Part shown: in pieces, positions 61,877-64,000 of the stretch | How positions within the stretch are numbered: the stretch's first letter is position 1 | How the letters are laid out: each line of letters opens with the position of its first letter | From: Ostrea edulis | Lineage: Eukaryota | DNA: 64,000 nucleotides | Direction: 5' to 3' | Assembly: GCF_947568905.1 (NCBI RefSeq) | Contig: NC_079171.1 | Coordinates: 51,026,001 to 51,090,000 of the forward strand | Position numbers and translations under genes: made by a program | The notes under the pieces: model-generated | Seen by the model: the letters and a program-made list of their open reading frames with translations, nothing else | Databases searched by the model: none | What the model was told of the DNA's origin: nothing

Positions 61877-64000
61877 TCAATTGCCCGCAAGTAAACTCAA
61901 ACTTGTCCAAATGAAAGTTGAACATTTTTTTAGGCTCTAATATACCTATCAACCAGTAATTTTAATTATATCCCTGTCACTCGGTGAATAGCTCAGTATT
62001 CGGTTTTCCCTTATTTAGAATAGTTTTCCCTCTTTCAAGTTTTCCCTTCCTCTCCAATGTAAGAGGACATACCAGCGAATTATGTCGTACAAGTTGTATT
62101 GTTGTAATTGAATGAAATTGATGGGGAAAATGTCATTGAAAGTCATAAATCAGAAAATTACAAAGTCCAAAGTAGGGAAATAGATCTTTTCACCACAAAA
62201 TAACGGACTAGGGATGTAACATGTGGCGAAGTTTTGATACATGTATTTAATTCAAATGATCAATGTTTTATTTCAATTCAAAAGTTTCAAAAATCAGTTT
62301 TTGTTCAGTAACACAATAAAATATCCATGGAAGCTATCAATTCTGTAGATTGTATTCCTGGTTAAGAAAAGACAAAGTTGAAAGCACCGGTAATAGCGAT
62401 TGCAGCGCATGACACATCACCGCTACAGATCATGTCAGTATTAATTAAACCTGAAAATTAGGATCGCCACGCACGCCACCTGAATCTCATGTTCTGTCTT
62501 TAATTCAAATTTAAAGTTATTTTCAGCATAGCCTTTTCTAGGATTGTATTTTTTCTGAGCGTTTACCTCACTGAAATACTGAAGACAGTTGTGAAGCCAC
62601 CATTTTCTCAAAAATCTGACTAAGGTAATTCATTAGTCAGATAGTGTAATATGTTATTCAGAACGACTTACTGATAGGATAAGATAAGGTGCGATCTACT
62701 AGAATGGGCCTTTGCTAGGAAAGATAATCTGTCGTTTCAGTAAAGAAAATAAAAATAGACAGAGTTGGGCTTTAATATTTAGGTTTTAAACGGACTCTTT
62801 ACAGATAATATATTAGTTTGATCGATCTCATAGACTATGAGGTTAATAAACCCAATATACACGTGTATATCCGAGGACAACCAGTTCGAAAACTCATAAG
62901 TGACTTATTTTCTCGAGGATCATTATGTAATAACATACGCACATGTTATGATAATCATGATATTGAATGTAGAGATGACCATGAACAATAAACAAAAATA
63001 TTGAATTCAACATTATACATCGTTAACAACAACCCCCTCCCCAGTAGTTGTGCCTACAAACAGTTCTAAAAATTGAAATTTCAATATCTCAGTGGTAACA
63101 ATTACAAGGTACACATCAGTGTCCAATATAAAAGATTGGTGACCCCCCCCCCCCCCCCCTCTCATTCTGATGATGAAAACAGCCTTCAAACTATAAACGT
63201 GATGATGTGCTACTGCCAGTACATGATTATACTTTCATCTTCCACGATATCAAATTTCCTGTTCAAAGATGACTGCAGGAAATAATTTTTGAACGGGATC
63301 CATCGCTGAGGTATGTTTCGTAAATTTCGTGTTTACCATAAAAGTCAGTGTCCCAACATTTTGTCCAATTTCACAGTCAATATTTCTTCAAAATCTGCAC
63401 TCTAGCCTTGTACCATCAAGTAGCATTTAAAAATCCTTGTGGCATCTTTGTTCACTTTCTATTCTGTTTTCTCGAGCGAGACGTGATTGAGGCAAACACT
63501 AACAAATCTGACGTCACACAAAGGGCCGCTACTTCAGTTTAAAATCTTAATATTCTGTTACAGTAGACGGCGTCCTCAACTGGGATCTGCATGATTTAAA
63601 GTTAAATGACTGATAGAATCATGTTTGATTCAGTTATGATTCCGCCATATTGCCGACTATAAGGTCTGCCCGCCAAACATAGTGATATGGACGGCGATCA
63701 CATGGCACAATTAAACCATTGAAAAAGCAACATTTTAGTCTGAGGAAAAATAATATTTGATATTCATCATGCTTAACACAATTATTATAATAATCATATT
63801 TCCTACTGAAATAATCAATGTCAGGAAAGTTGTATTGATTGTTTGATTGTGTATTGTTTAATGTACCTTTCAAGAATTTTTCACTCATATGGGGATGTCA
63901 CCATTGTCGGTGAAGGTCTGCAGAATTTAGGCCTATGCACGTTGCTTACGGCCTTTGAGCAGGGAATGATCTTTCTCGTGTCACACCAACTGTGACATGA

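Overview
AT-rich eukaryotic genomic DNA. The repeat families (tRNA-SINEs with (CAAT)n tails, HINE/Helentron-type elements with 146-170 bp internal arrays, a Penelope-like RT) suggest an oyster-like bivalve; this is inference. Most short ORFs in the track are noise. Manual splicing recovers three sets of transposon-derived genes. (1) A + strand gene with at least 13 phase-compatible exons (1170..22514, about 900 codons, 5' end outside the window). Its 3' part is a Kolobok/Mutator-class DDE transposase that has lost the first catalytic Asp and the DxxH His. (2) A - strand cluster of three divergent, two-exon Crypton-type (DUF3504-like) tyrosine-recombinase genes with long open frames but different catalytic substitutions, plus a fourth decayed copy. 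(3) Three - strand phase-1 exons encoding a CxxC..CxxC zinc module, two of them inside an old ~9 kb tandem duplication. The window also holds a minimal hammerhead-ribozyme repeat (retrozyme-like), RTE, CR1 and Penelope-like fragments, nested MITEs, and several tandem arrays that multiply splice donors. All family assignments come from motif recognition by eye; no database search was run.
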